64,000 nt of DNA from an uncultured Acidobacteriota bacterium (GCA_963727925.1 CAVSIS010000051.1:8039-72038), one strand, 5' to 3'; shown: positions 10,495 through 19,638, counted from the first letter of the stretch. Notes: a model not told the origin generated them from the sequence alone. Translations and numbers: made by a program.

Positions 10495-11970
10495 CTACTG
10501 CGGCAGCGGTTCGAGGGTCATCGGGTCGCGCAGTGGCAAGCGGTGGATCTCGCCGAAGTCGCTCAGCTTCTCGGGGTGGTCAGGATGCCCGGCCATGATT
10601 TCGTCGAGGTTGCCGACCACCAGGATCACCATCTGGTCGGGATGGAGGTGGCGTGCCGCTGCGGACTGGACCTGGTCGGCGGTGACCGAGCGGACCTTGT
10701 CGCGGAAAGTCGTCCAATAGCCGTGGTCGCGACCGAGTAGCTCGTCGACCGCGAAGATGCCGACCGTGGCGGCCGCCGTCTCGAAGCGGCGCGGGAAGGT
10801 CTCGACGAACGCGGCCTGGGCGGTCTCCAGCTCGTCCGCGCTGATCGGCGCGGTGCGCATGCCCCGGATCAGGTCGAGGGTGATCGAGGTGGCGAAGGGG
10901 ACGGTGCTCGACTTCGACTGGAAGAACGCTCGAAACTCGCCAGGAATGGTGACCGGGAAGTCGATCGATGACGCCGCGGAGTAGGCGAGGCCCTCATCCG
11001 AGCGCACACGCTGGGTGATCCGCGACGTGAATCCGCCACCCCCGAGCACGTAGTTCATGACCCGCAGCGGGATCTCGTCGGGGTTGCCAAGCCTCGGCGT
11101 GGGCTCGCCGATCGAGACCCGGCCCTGGTTGACGTCCTTCTTGTCGACGACCCAAACGCCGCCAGTCGGTTGGTGATCGGGTTGTGGAATCGGCGGCGGC
11201 GCCTGCTCCAGCTTCGGCAGGGCGCCGAGGGTCGCGTTCAGCATCGACTTGAGCTGATCGACGGTGAAGTCGCCAGACACCGCCACGATCAGGTTGTCGG
11301 CGCCGATCAGGCGCTTCGCGAAGGTGCGGCTGGAACCCGGCGTCAAACCGGCGAGCGATGCCTTGGTCGGCAGGCGGTTGATCCAGAAGGCGTCGCCGTA
11401 GATCAACCGGTTCCACTCCCGCGCCTCGATCGCTGCCGAGGAGTCGTTGCGAGTCTTCATCGATTGGAGCATGTCGTCCTTGGCCTTGGCGTAGCGGTCC
11501 TCCTCGAAGCGGGGTGCGGTGAGGACGTCCATCAAGATCTTCATCGCCGGGTCGAGGTCCTTGGCGAGTACGTTGAGGGAGACGCTCCCGGTGACTTCTC
11601 CGATGTCGGTGGTGACGATGGCCGCGAGGTAGTCGAGGTCCTCATCGAGCTGTTGCGCGGAGCGGTCGCCTGCGCCACCGCTTCGCCACGCGTCGCCGGT
11701 CAGCCCCGCGAGACCCTCGGACCCGACCGGCTCGAGGTACTGGCCGCCGCGAAAGAACACCGTGAGCGAGACCAGCGGCAGGTCGTTTGCGGGCTTGGCA
11801 TACACCGGGATGCCGTTGTCGAGGACGAACCGCAGCGCGGTCGGGTCGGGAAGCTCGAACTTCAGCGGTCCGAAGGTGAGCCCTTCGGGCCGTCCGGGAA
11901 TGTCCGCCGCAACCGCCGACAGGCAGCCGGCGGCGATGAGGACGAGGGTGACGAGTGTCGCGCGGCGCAT
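10495..11970 (-). CDS. M16 (pitrilysin) family peptidase, probable non-catalytic partner subunit, secreted
   Basis: 491 aa with signal peptide MRRATLVTLVLIAAGCLSAVA. M16-like layout but no HxxEH motif. Its start at 11970 lies 1 nt after the stop of the upstream M16 gene (TGAAATG), with AAGGAG inside that gene's end. Confidence 0.8.
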   Translation of the reverse strand: MRRATLVTLVLIAAGCLSAVAADIPGRPEGLTFGPLKFELPDPTALRFVLDNGIPVYAKPANDLPLVSLTVFFRGGQYLEPVGSEGLAGLTGDAWRSGGAGDRSAQQLDEDLDYLAAIVTTDIGEVTGSVSLNVLAKDLDPAMKILMDVLTAPRFEEDRYAKAKDDMLQSMKTRNDSSAAIEAREWNRLIYGDAFWINRLPTKASLAGLTPGSSRTFAKRLIGADNLIVAVSGDFTVDQLKSMLNATLGALPKLEQAPPPIPQPDHQPTGGVWVVDKKDVNQGRVSIGEPTPRLGNPDEIPLRVMNYVLGGGGFTSRITQRVRSDEGLAYSAASSIDFPVTIPGEFRAFFQSKSSTVPFATSITLDLIRGMRTAPISADELETAQAAFVETFPRRFETAAATVGIFAVDELLGRDHGYWTTFRDKVRSVTADQVQSAAARHLHPDQMVILVVGNLDEIMAGHPDHPEKLSDFGEIHRLPLRDPMTLEPLPQ

Positions 11971-11971
11971 T

Positions 11972-13735
11972 TCAGTTCTCCTTCCCGGCGGCCTCGAGCT
12001 CGGCGATGCGGGCTTCGGTCCGCGACGCGATCACCAGCAAGGCGGCGCGGTACTCCTCAGGCGCCTGGCCGGCCTGGGCCTTGATCTGCTGCAGGCCCTG
12101 ACGTAGCTTGACCGGGTCCGTCATCTTCGTGATCTGGGCGAGCATCCGCTTGGCGTAGTCCCTGGCCTGGGGCGAGAGGGCCGCGAGTTCGGGATCCTCG
12201 GAAGTGCCCACCTTCCGGCTGTACCAGAGGGCGTCGAGCCCGTCGCTGGGGAAATAGGCTGTGGCGACCCTTTGCACGTCCTCGGGGGTGACGGCTTGGA
12301 CCTTCTGGTATGCGTCGTTCAGGTAGTGCCAGTCGCCCTCGGCGTCGTAGATCAGGAGCTGCAGCATGAGACCGAAGTTGGAGCGGAGGCGCCGGAAGGA
12401 GTTCGCCAGGCTCTGGTTCTTGACCTTCTGTAGCTCGTGGGCCGTGACCGGTTCGGTCTTGAGGCGCTCGACCTCGTCGAGCAGCGCACGCTCCACCTCC
12501 TCGTGGCTGTGGCCCTCTGCGATCTCGGCGCCGAGCTCGAGGTATCCGCCGAGACGCAGGGGGCGCATTGACGCGTACGGCTCACCGCTCGCGATCCCCT
12601 TGCCCTCGACGAGGGAACGGTAGAGCCTGCCGGTCCGTCCCGACAGCAGGTCGGACATCACGTCGAGCGCGGCGGCGTCCTTGTGGACAAAGGGCACGGC
12701 GTGCCAGCGAAGTGAGACCGAGGGATTGGTCTCGGCCACCGCCGTCATGCGCCGCGGCGAGAGTTGCTCGGTGGACTCGGTGGTGATTTCGGGTGGCGTT
12801 GTGGCGCCGCGAGGGATCCGTCCGAAGTACCGCTTCGCCAGCGCGATCACCTGGTCGGCGTCGAGGTCGCCGACGATCGCGGCGGTGAGGTTGTTGGGAG
12901 CGTAGTAGGTGGCGAAGAACCGGTTGGCCTGGTCGCGGTTGATCGACTCGACGTCGCTCGGCCATCCCACCACTGGGTGGTGGTAGGGTAGCGCCTGCCA
13001 GAACATCGCGTCGAACTGCTCCTCGAACTTGGCGGTCGGGTCGGACTCGACCCGCATACGACGCTCCTCGCGAACGACGTCGCGCTCGGAGTAGAACTCA
13101 CGGAAGACCGGGTGGAGCAAACGTTCGGACTCCATCCAGAACCAGAGCTCGAGCTTGTTCGCGGGCACGTTGCAGAAGAAAACGGTCATGTCGTAGTCGG
13201 TAAAGGCATTGAGTGAGGACGCGCCCTCGCGGGCGTAGACCGTCTCGAACTCTTCCTTGATGATCAGCTTCGCCTGTTCGCCCTGCAGCTCTTCCAACTG
13301 CTGTCGCAGCGCGGCCAGCTTCGGAGTCTGGTTGGCCGGGTCGTAGATGCTACCGGTGATCTCCCCGCGGCGCTTGGCATCCCGCAGCTCGGAGTACTCC
13401 GTCTCCATGTTGGAGCGCAGGCCGTCGAGCTTGGCCATGATGACGGCCTCGGCCCTGGCGTCGCGCGTGCCGATGGTTGTCGTGCCCTTGAACATCATGT
13501 GCTCGAACAGGTGGGCGATGCCGGTCTGGCCGGGCACCTCGTTGGCGGAGCCGACGTGAGCCGCCCAGCCGGCTGCGACCGCGGGTGCATCGTGGCGTTC
13601 GACCAGAAGCAGCTTGAGGCCGTTGTCGAGGGTGACCTCCCGAACCGGGACCCGCGCCTCTTCGGCGGCGAGCGCAGCTGCGGTGAGCAGGACCGCAGAC
13701 GCGCCGAGCGCGGTGAGCATCTGACGGACGCGCAT
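11972..13735 (-). CDS. M16 family zinc peptidase (catalytic, HxxEH), secreted
   Basis: Real start MRVRQMLTALGASAVLLTAAALA at 13735, with an AAGGAG RBS. Zinc motif GIAHLFEHMMFKGT. The 870-aa track ORF to 14584 is an out-of-frame-like upstream extension across the hydrolase gene. Confidence 0.85.
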   Translation of the reverse strand: MRVRQMLTALGASAVLLTAAALAAEEARVPVREVTLDNGLKLLLVERHDAPAVAAGWAAHVGSANEVPGQTGIAHLFEHMMFKGTTTIGTRDARAEAVIMAKLDGLRSNMETEYSELRDAKRRGEITGSIYDPANQTPKLAALRQQLEELQGEQAKLIIKEEFETVYAREGASSLNAFTDYDMTVFFCNVPANKLELWFWMESERLLHPVFREFYSERDVVREERRMRVESDPTAKFEEQFDAMFWQALPYHHPVVGWPSDVESINRDQANRFFATYYAPNNLTAAIVGDLDADQVIALAKRYFGRIPRGATTPPEITTESTEQLSPRRMTAVAETNPSVSLRWHAVPFVHKDAAALDVMSDLLSGRTGRLYRSLVEGKGIASGEPYASMRPLRLGGYLELGAEIAEGHSHEEVERALLDEVERLKTEPVTAHELQKVKNQSLANSFRRLRSNFGLMLQLLIYDAEGDWHYLNDAYQKVQAVTPEDVQRVATAYFPSDGLDALWYSRKVGTSEDPELAALSPQARDYAKRMLAQITKMTDPVKLRQGLQQIKAQAGQAPEEYRAALLVIASRTEARIAELEAAGKEN

Positions 13736-13817
13736 GAGCAGGCTCCTTTCAGCCGGATGCAGGACTCGGCCTCCGGCAGAGGTACGCGATGATGCCATAG
13801 CCGGTTGCCGGGAGACA

Positions 13818-14633
13818 TCACGAAGGATCGGGGTCCTCCTCGCCGGCCAAGAAACGGGTGACCTCGTCGAAGAGCTCGGGGCCGCCCTCTGCGAGCACCG
13901 AATGACTGGCTCCGGGGAGCGCGAGGAAACGTGCCTGCGGGAGTGCCGCGGCGATCTCACGGGTGTCCTCCAGCGCGACGATCGGGTCGCGACCGCCGGC
14001 GAGGACGAGAGCCGGAACGGACAGCGTCGCGAGCCGGGGCCGAATGTCCCACCCGTCGAGCATGTGGCGCACCTGTGCCAGGGCGCCGGGGACGTCCGCG
14101 GGACCGGGCCCGTACAGCGCGGCGGCGGTGTCGACGAAGTCGCCGTAGCGCTCGCTGAACGGGGGCGCGAAGCCGAAGGCCATGAGAGTGCGTCCGAAAC
14201 CCTCGGCGGGGAGCCGTTCGAGCATCCCGGCGAGGCTTTCGAGCACCCGCCGTCCGTGTCGGCTGAGGTGCGCGGCGGCGGACGCGACGACCAGCCGGGA
14301 CACACGGTCGGGGCGTGCGAGGGTTGCCGCGAGGGCGACCAGTCCGCCCATGCTGGCGCCAAGGAGTGCGACGCGGTCGACGCCCCGGTCGTCGAGCGCC
14401 GCCCACAGGTCGTCGGCCGCTCTCTCAATGGTGAACGCGGCGCCGCCGCGCGATCCTCCGACCCCGCGTGGATCGAGGGCGACGACCCGGAAACGACGCG
14501 CCAGCAGCGCCGGCAGCTCACCCCACAGGCGATGGGTGGCGCCAAGGCCGGCGAGCAGCGCGACCGCCTGTCCGTTGCCCACATCGATTCCGGCGACGGG
14601 TCCGTTCGGCCCGTCGACCACGAACGTTGTCAT
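13818..14633 (-). CDS. Alpha/beta-fold hydrolase
   Basis: Start MTTFVVDGPNG at 14633. Nucleophile elbow GASMGG. C-terminal GGRDPIV ... LPGASH, typical of the alpha/beta hydrolase fold. Confidence 0.8.
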   Translation of the reverse strand: MTTFVVDGPNGPVAGIDVGNGQAVALLAGLGATHRLWGELPALLARRFRVVALDPRGVGGSRGGAAFTIERAADDLWAALDDRGVDRVALLGASMGGLVALAATLARPDRVSRLVVASAAAHLSRHGRRVLESLAGMLERLPAEGFGRTLMAFGFAPPFSERYGDFVDTAAALYGPGPADVPGALAQVRHMLDGWDIRPRLATLSVPALVLAGGRDPIVALEDTREIAAALPQARFLALPGASHSVLAEGGPELFDEVTRFLAGEEDPDPS

Positions 14634-14707
14634 ATAAAATGGCCTCCCCGGTCGGGTATGGGCTCGGTCTGGGCCCGAACCGCAGTGTAGCGCCGACGGA
14701 GGACCCG

Positions 14708-15493
14708 GTGAGCGATCTTCTTCTGGCCCTTGACGTGGGCAACACCAACACCGTTGTCGGACTGTTCGTCGGCGAGGCACTGCGCCGACGCTGGCGGCTC
14801 ACGACCCACGAGGAGCGCACGGCCGACGAGGTCGGGATGTGGCTCCTGCAGCTCCTGCGTTGGGAGGGAGTTGACACAGCTCAGCTCGGCGGGGTGGCGG
14901 TCGCCTCGGTCGTGCCTCCGATGGACCCGCGACTCGCGGAGGGTGTCGAGCGGTACCTCGCGCACCGGGCGTTTTTCGTCGAGCCCGGCATCCGCACCGG
15001 CATGCCCCTGCGGGTCGAGGCGCCGCAGGAGCTCGGTGCGGACCGGCTGTGCGACGCTGTTGCAGCCTGGGCGCGATTCGGCGGTCCGTGCCTGGTGATC
15101 GACTTCGGAACGGCCGTGACGTGGGAGGTCGTTTCCGAGCGGGGTGAGTACCTCGGCGGCGTGATCGCGCCCGGTCCCGGAATCACCGCCGACGCGCTCT
15201 TTAGCCGTACCGCCAAGCTGCCGCGGGTAGCGCTCGAACCGCCGCCGCGCGTGATCGGGAAAGGTACGGTGGACAGCATCCAGTCGGGTCTGTTCTACGG
15301 ATATCTCGGGCTGGTCGAGGGCATTACTCGCCGCGTCCTGGAGGAGCTTCCTGGTGCGACGATCGTCGCGACCGGCGGGTTCGCGCCTGAGGTGGCTCGG
15401 CATCTGCCCCTGATCCAGCACGTCGAGCCGGACCTCACTCTGGTGGGTCTGCGCCTGCTGTGGCTGAAGAACTTCAGTGAGGAGCGCCGGTGA
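14708..15493 (+). CDS. coaX: Type III pantothenate kinase
   Basis: LLLALDVGNTNTVVG, ELGADRL, VIDFGTAVT and IVATGG motifs. GTG start at 14708 with GGAGG 5 nt upstream. Confidence 0.9.
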   Translation: MSDLLLALDVGNTNTVVGLFVGEALRRRWRLTTHEERTADEVGMWLLQLLRWEGVDTAQLGGVAVASVVPPMDPRLAEGVERYLAHRAFFVEPGIRTGMPLRVEAPQELGADRLCDAVAAWARFGGPCLVIDFGTAVTWEVVSERGEYLGGVIAPGPGITADALFSRTAKLPRVALEPPPRVIGKGTVDSIQSGLFYGYLGLVEGITRRVLEELPGATIVATGGFAPEVARHLPLIQHVEPDLTLVGLRLLWLKNFSEERR

Positions 15494-16122
15494 ACGACCA
15501 GCTCGACGCCGACTCTGGGCGCGAGCGGATTCGCGCGAAGGTCGAGCGCTCCCTGCGCCCGCTCACGCTGCCGAACTTCCTGACAATGCTCAGGATGGCG
15601 ATGGTGCCCTTCTTTGTGATCTCGGTCAACGAGCACGACTTCCGGCTCGCGCTGTGGACCTTCGTGATTGCAGGGCTCACCGACAGCCTGGATGGATACC
15701 TCGCCCGTACGCTGAAGATGCGCTCCCGTTTCGGCGCCTACCTGGATCCGATCGCGGACAAGATTCTGATCACCTGCGCGTACGTGGCGCTCACCGTACC
15801 CCAGGGTCAGGAGGTGGTGATCCCGCTGTGGTTGACGATCATTGCCTTGTTCCGCGACTTCCTAATCATGGTGGTCGCGCTGGTGCTCTACCTCGTGGAA
15901 GGGCTGCGCCACTTCCCGCCCTCGATCCTGGGCAAGGTGACGACGACGATGCAGGTCGTGACGATCACCGTCGTGTTGCTCGCGAACCTCGCCGTCGTGC
16001 CGGGCTGGTTAGCCCCGTCCTGCTTCTACAGCTCCTTCATCCTGGTGATCGTGTCGGGCTTCAACTACATCTACCGGATCGGCAGAATGCTCGAGGACAA
16101 GCGGCAAGATCGCCAGCCCTAG
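15490..16122 (+). CDS. pgsA: CDP-alcohol phosphatidyltransferase (PgsA-like)
   Basis: Motif DSLDGYLARTLKMRSRFGAYLDPIADK (D-x2-D-G-x2-A-R...G-x3-D-x3-D). Multiple TM segments. The GTG start overlaps the coaX stop (GTGA). Confidence 0.75.
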   Translation: MNDQLDADSGRERIRAKVERSLRPLTLPNFLTMLRMAMVPFFVISVNEHDFRLALWTFVIAGLTDSLDGYLARTLKMRSRFGAYLDPIADKILITCAYVALTVPQGQEVVIPLWLTIIALFRDFLIMVVALVLYLVEGLRHFPPSILGKVTTTMQVVTITVVLLANLAVVPGWLAPSCFYSSFILVIVSGFNYIYRIGRMLEDKRQDRQP

Positions 16123-16167
16123 CACCGCGCTCACTCCAGAGCCCCACGAACAGAGTTGGCAAGGTAC

Positions 16168-16398
16168 TAGCCCGCACTATTCACCAGACTTCTCCTGCGA
16201 CCGGCGATGCGCCGCACTCAGCGGCGGTTTGTCACCTCGGGGTGCTCAACGTACCTGTCAAGTACGCTTCCGCGCCCCTCGGCTCGAAAACCCCACTGCG
16301 CACGCCACTTCGCCGGTCTCGCGACGCTACTCGCCGGAGGCGAGTCGCTAAAGGGGGACAGGGTGGGTGTGAGCAACCCAGGTGAATAATGCGGGCTA
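16168..16398. repeat. 231-bp non-coding element bounded by an 18-nt near-perfect inverted repeat; candidate structured RNA or MITE-like element
   Basis: TAGCCCGCACTATTCACC (16168-16185) against GGTGAATAATGCGGGCTA (16381-16398), 17 of 18 complementary. Internal nested hairpin GCGAC..TCGCC-GGA-GGCGA..GTCGC at about 16321-16348. No ORF. GC is visibly lower than in flanking genes. Confidence 0.5.
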
Positions 16399-16432
16399 GC
16401 AACGTAGGGGCTCTCGACTGCGCGCTGCTTTG

Positions 16433-16449
16433 GATTCGCTGTGCGAATC
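16433..16449. repeat. REP-like palindrome GATTCGC-TGT-GCGAATC (copy 2 of 4)
   Basis: Same architecture and TGT loop as 10414-10432. It carries a paired G->T / C->A change that preserves the stem. Confidence 0.75.
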
Positions 16450-16556
16450 TTGGGGGGCTCCGGTGTACGCAGCCCATCGAAGCAGTTGGTGACGGGTTGA
16501 CCCGCGAGGAGGTTGACCTTTCCGACACGCGCGGTGGGTCAGACCATCACGAAGTG

Positions 16557-16952
16557 CTAGGCGTACATCCGCTGGACCAGATCTTCGACGTACTTGTCGC
16601 GGTGCGTCCCGTAGTTGGTGAGCAGGCCCTCGGCACTGAGTACGAAGGTCGCCTCCTCGCCCGCGAGCCGTGAGAAGAAGACTCGGTGGAGGCTGCCGCC
16701 GCTGGTCAGATCGAGGCCGCACAGGTCGGGGTTGAGGTCGCTGGTGAGAGGCGTGCGGCACAGTGGGCAGTGAAAGCTCCACCGGCTGCCCTCCTCCATG
16801 ACCGCTCCAGGAGGCAGGTGCATGTGGTAGTTGCCCGGTTCCGGGTGCAGACCGACCAGGAGCTGACCACCCTCCCGGATCGCGATCAGGATGACCGTCT
16901 CATCGGGGTTGAGCATCCCGCGGCAATGTGGGCAGTGATAGATCCACTCCAT
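16557..16952 (-). CDS. Hypothetical zinc-ribbon protein with duplicated CPxC knuckle
   Basis: 131 aa from ATG 16952. Two similar knuckles, EWIYHCPHCRGML and RWSFHCPLCRTPL. G/C-rich third codon positions. No family recognised. The track ORF to 17132 is an extension. Confidence 0.6.
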   Translation of the reverse strand: MEWIYHCPHCRGMLNPDETVILIAIREGGQLLVGLHPEPGNYHMHLPPGAVMEEGSRWSFHCPLCRTPLTSDLNPDLCGLDLTSGGSLHRVFFSRLAGEEATFVLSAEGLLTNYGTHRDKYVEDLVQRMYA

Positions 16953-16992
16953 CGGACGCCTCCCGTCGACAGCAGCATAGCGCGAGTCGTCA

Positions 16993-17011
16993 GAATGCGC
17001 ACAGCGCATCC
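16993..17011. repeat. REP-like palindrome GAATGCGC-ACA-GCGCATCC (copy 3, inverted loop orientation, one stem mismatch)
   Basis: Core ATGCGC-ACA-GCGCAT at 16995-17009. ACA is the reverse complement of the TGT loop in the other copies. Confidence 0.7.
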
Positions 17012-17044
17012 TGATATTGAGCCGGCCGGTGAAAAGTATAGGCG

Positions 17045-17063
17045 GGATGCGCTGCGCGCATCC
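17045..17063. repeat. REP-like palindrome GGATGCGC-TGC-GCGCATCC (copy 4)
   Basis: Perfect 8-bp stem with a 3-nt loop, between the mnmA stop and the zinc-ribbon gene start. Confidence 0.8.
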
Positions 17064-17104
17064 GGACGCCCAGCTGAGGGAAGAAGTCCGGTCGGAACAG
17101 GCTT

Positions 17105-18160
17105 CTATCCGATCGCTCCGCCGCCGAGGCACACCTCACCGTCGTAGAACGCCGCGAACTGCCCAGCGGCGATTCCCGGGTCGCCCTGTTCGAGCTCGAT
17201 CGCAACGCCGTCCCCGTCGAAGCGAAGCCTGCAGCGGGCGGTGGTAGGACCGTGGCGGAGGCGGACCTCCAGCTTGCCGGGAAGGGGAGGGTCCGAGATC
17301 CAACGGGGCCGAAGCACGGTGAAGCTCCGACGAGCCCATCCGGGAAGGCGATCAGCGTGGCAGACCCAGATCACGTTCTCTTGGACGTCCTTGCGGACCA
17401 CATACCACGGGCCCCCAGCGAGCCCCAGTCCCCGCCGTTGACCCACGGTGTGGAACCAGTGTCCGCGATGGGTGCCGAGGCTCGTCCCGGCATCGATGTC
17501 CCGGATTTCACCGGGCGTGTCGCCGAGGTGGAAGCGGATGAACTCGGGGTAGGGGACGCGTCCGAGGAAGCAGATGCCCTGGCTGTCCGGTCGGTCGGCG
17601 TTGGGCAGGCCGAGCCCACGGGCGAGGGATCTGACCTCGTGTTTGGCCAGGTCGCCGATGGGAAACAGGCACCGGGAAACCTGAGATTGCTCGAGGCGGC
17701 AGAGAAAGTAGGTCTGGTCCTTGACCGGATCGACCCCCCGCAGCAGCTGAGTGCGGCCGTAGGCGGCCGTCCGGACTCGGGCATAGTGGCCGGAGGCGAC
17801 CATGTCGAAACCAGCTCCCACCCGTTCGACGAATGCCCCGAACTTGACCCGCCGGTTGCACAGCACGTCCGGGCTGGGCGTGCGACCGGCCCGCAGCTCG
17901 GCGAGAGTCTCATCGACGACCCGGGCGAGGTACTCCTGCTGCAGCGACACAACTTCGAACGGGACGCCCAGACGCCCGCAGACCGCGCGAACCTGCTGCA
18001 GGTCGTCCTCCCAGGGACACGAGCCGAGGAAGGCAAGCTCGTCTTCGAGCCAGATCTTGACGTAGAAGGCCGTGAGGGAGTGATCCCCCGAGCGGCGGAG
18101 ACGGGCGAGAGCGACCGAGCTGTCGACCCCCCCTGACACGAGCACTGCGACCTTCGGCAT
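17105..18160 (-). CDS. mnmA: tRNA 2-thiouridine(34) synthase
   Basis: MPKVAVLVSGGVDSSVA PP-loop and full-length MnmA-like sequence (351 aa). Confidence 0.95.
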   Translation of the reverse strand: MPKVAVLVSGGVDSSVALARLRRSGDHSLTAFYVKIWLEDELAFLGSCPWEDDLQQVRAVCGRLGVPFEVVSLQQEYLARVVDETLAELRAGRTPSPDVLCNRRVKFGAFVERVGAGFDMVASGHYARVRTAAYGRTQLLRGVDPVKDQTYFLCRLEQSQVSRCLFPIGDLAKHEVRSLARGLGLPNADRPDSQGICFLGRVPYPEFIRFHLGDTPGEIRDIDAGTSLGTHRGHWFHTVGQRRGLGLAGGPWYVVRKDVQENVIWVCHADRLPGWARRSFTVLRPRWISDPPLPGKLEVRLRHGPTTARCRLRFDGDGVAIELEQGDPGIAAGQFAAFYDGEVCLGGGAIG

Positions 18161-18304
18161 CCTGCGTCGAGCCCCGCCGGCAAGCGGGGGTGAGGCGCCA
18201 CGCTACCATGATAGGTGCCGTCGTGCAGGTTCGTGCAGCTGCGGTGTCTTGCGCCCCTGATGGGGGTCGTGGCATAGTCCGAGCGGTCTTCAGTGGGGGA
18301 CAGG

Positions 18305-19120
18305 ATGAGCGAGTTCGAGAACATCGTGGAGCTCGAGGCGGACCATCCCGGGTTCCACGACTCCGAGTACCGACTGCGCCGAAACGAGATCGCCCGCCTC
18401 GCGCCTCCTCCGGGGGTGAACTCGGCGCCCGAAACGGTTGCCTACAGCGAGACCGAGACCGGAACCTGGACCACGGTCTTCGACCACCTGTCGGAGCTCT
18501 ATCCCACCCACGCGTGCCGAGAGTTCAACGAGGTGTTCCGAGCCCTCGGCTACTCACGGGCAGCCATTCCGCAGCTCAGGGACGTGTCCGCCTTTCTTGA
18601 GCAGCGCACTGGCTTCCGTCTGCGCCCGGTGGCGGGGCTGGTGTCGGCCCGGGAGTTCCTCAGCAACCTCGGGGGGAGGGTTTTCTGTGCTACGCAGTAC
18701 ATTCGGCATCATTCGCAGCCTCTCTATACGCCCGAGCCGGACATCGTCCACGAGCTGATGGGACACGCCCCCATGCTCGCAATTCCCGAGTTCGCCGACC
18801 TGTCCCAGAAGTTCGGTGAGGGCTCACGGCTCGCCGATGAACGTCAGATCGACCAACTCGCCACTCTCTACTGGTTCACCATCGAGTACGGCGTGCTGTG
18901 GCAGAGCGGGCAGCTGCGCGCCTACGGTGCCGGGCTGCTGTCGAGCTACGGGGAGCTCGAGCACGCGCTCTCCGGGCGGGTGGAAACCAAGCCCTTCGAT
19001 CCCGCCATGGCGAAGAGTACGGCTTATCCGATCACGAGCTACCAGCCCCTGCTGTGGTCCGTCGGCTCCATCCAGGAGGCATTCGACAAGATGACTGCCT
19101 TCGTCGAGACCTTGAGATAG
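18305..19120 (+). CDS. phhA: Phenylalanine-4-hydroxylase (aromatic amino acid hydroxylase)
   Basis: HPGFHDSEYRLRR, iron ligands in HELMGHAPML, and YWFTIEYG. ATG 18305 is preceded by GGGGGA. Confidence 0.9.
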   Translation: MSEFENIVELEADHPGFHDSEYRLRRNEIARLAPPPGVNSAPETVAYSETETGTWTTVFDHLSELYPTHACREFNEVFRALGYSRAAIPQLRDVSAFLEQRTGFRLRPVAGLVSAREFLSNLGGRVFCATQYIRHHSQPLYTPEPDIVHELMGHAPMLAIPEFADLSQKFGEGSRLADERQIDQLATLYWFTIEYGVLWQSGQLRAYGAGLLSSYGELEHALSGRVETKPFDPAMAKSTAYPITSYQPLLWSVGSIQEAFDKMTAFVETLR

Positions 19121-19153
19121 ACCGTTCGGCCCGTCCGGGCCGGCGCGCAGGGC

Positions 19154-19633
19154 CTATCTGAATCTGTCGTCGGCGACGTCGGTGCGCAGGCGCGCGGCCT
19201 CGAGCCAGCCGAACCGGGCATCGGTGACCTGATCGAACTCCCCGACATAGGGTTTGATGTCGAGCACCGGAGTGCCGTCGAGCAGGTCGAGGCCCGCGAT
19301 CGAAAGAACGCGGTCCTCGACGGAGACCAGCCGCACGATTGAAAGCCCGATCGGGTTCGGGCGTTTGGGTGCGCGGGTCGCGAACACGCCGCGGAGCTCG
19401 GTGTCGAGGTACGGCACAACCTTGAGCCGGTAGCCGGTCGACAGGTGCAAGTGGCACAGCAGGATGATGTGCGAGAAGCCGCAGAGGTCGGCGAGTCCTT
19501 CGGTGAACTCCGGGTAGATCTCGACCGTGCCGGAGGCATCGCCGGCTCGCGACGGCTGGATCGGTGTGCCCTGCTGCTGGGTGAAGGGGCTGTGAACGAC
19601 CCCGATCGGATGGTAGCGGATGTCCTGGGCCAT
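19154..19633 (-). CDS. trmO: tRNA (t6A37-N6)-methyltransferase TrmO/TsaA (YaeB family)
   Basis: IGVVHSPF, RAPKRPNPIGLSIVRL and LLDGTPVLDIKPY motifs. Start at 19633. Confidence 0.85.
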   Translation of the reverse strand: MAQDIRYHPIGVVHSPFTQQQGTPIQPSRAGDASGTVEIYPEFTEGLADLCGFSHIILLCHLHLSTGYRLKVVPYLDTELRGVFATRAPKRPNPIGLSIVRLVSVEDRVLSIAGLDLLDGTPVLDIKPYVGEFDQVTDARFGWLEAARLRTDVADDRFR

Positions 19634-19638
19634 GCTGC

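Noticed and set aside
13736-14584. N-terminal 283 aa of the 870-aa ORF 11972..14584
   Set aside because: This part is a Ser/Arg/Pro-rich extension overlapping the alpha/beta hydrolase gene, which has the GASMGG motif in another frame. The M16 protein has its own RBS and signal peptide at 13735.
16257-16262. Perfect TTGACA on the minus strand inside the inverted-repeat-bounded element, considered as a -35 box
   Set aside because: The sequence 17 nt downstream is CGAGGT, which is not -10-like. A single hexamer match is expected by chance.
16168-16398. Inverted-repeat-bounded element considered as a retron msr/msd or an IscB/TnpB omega-RNA
   Set aside because: No reverse transcriptase, IscB or TnpB gene is adjacent. 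The only neighbour is a 131-aa zinc-ribbon ORF.
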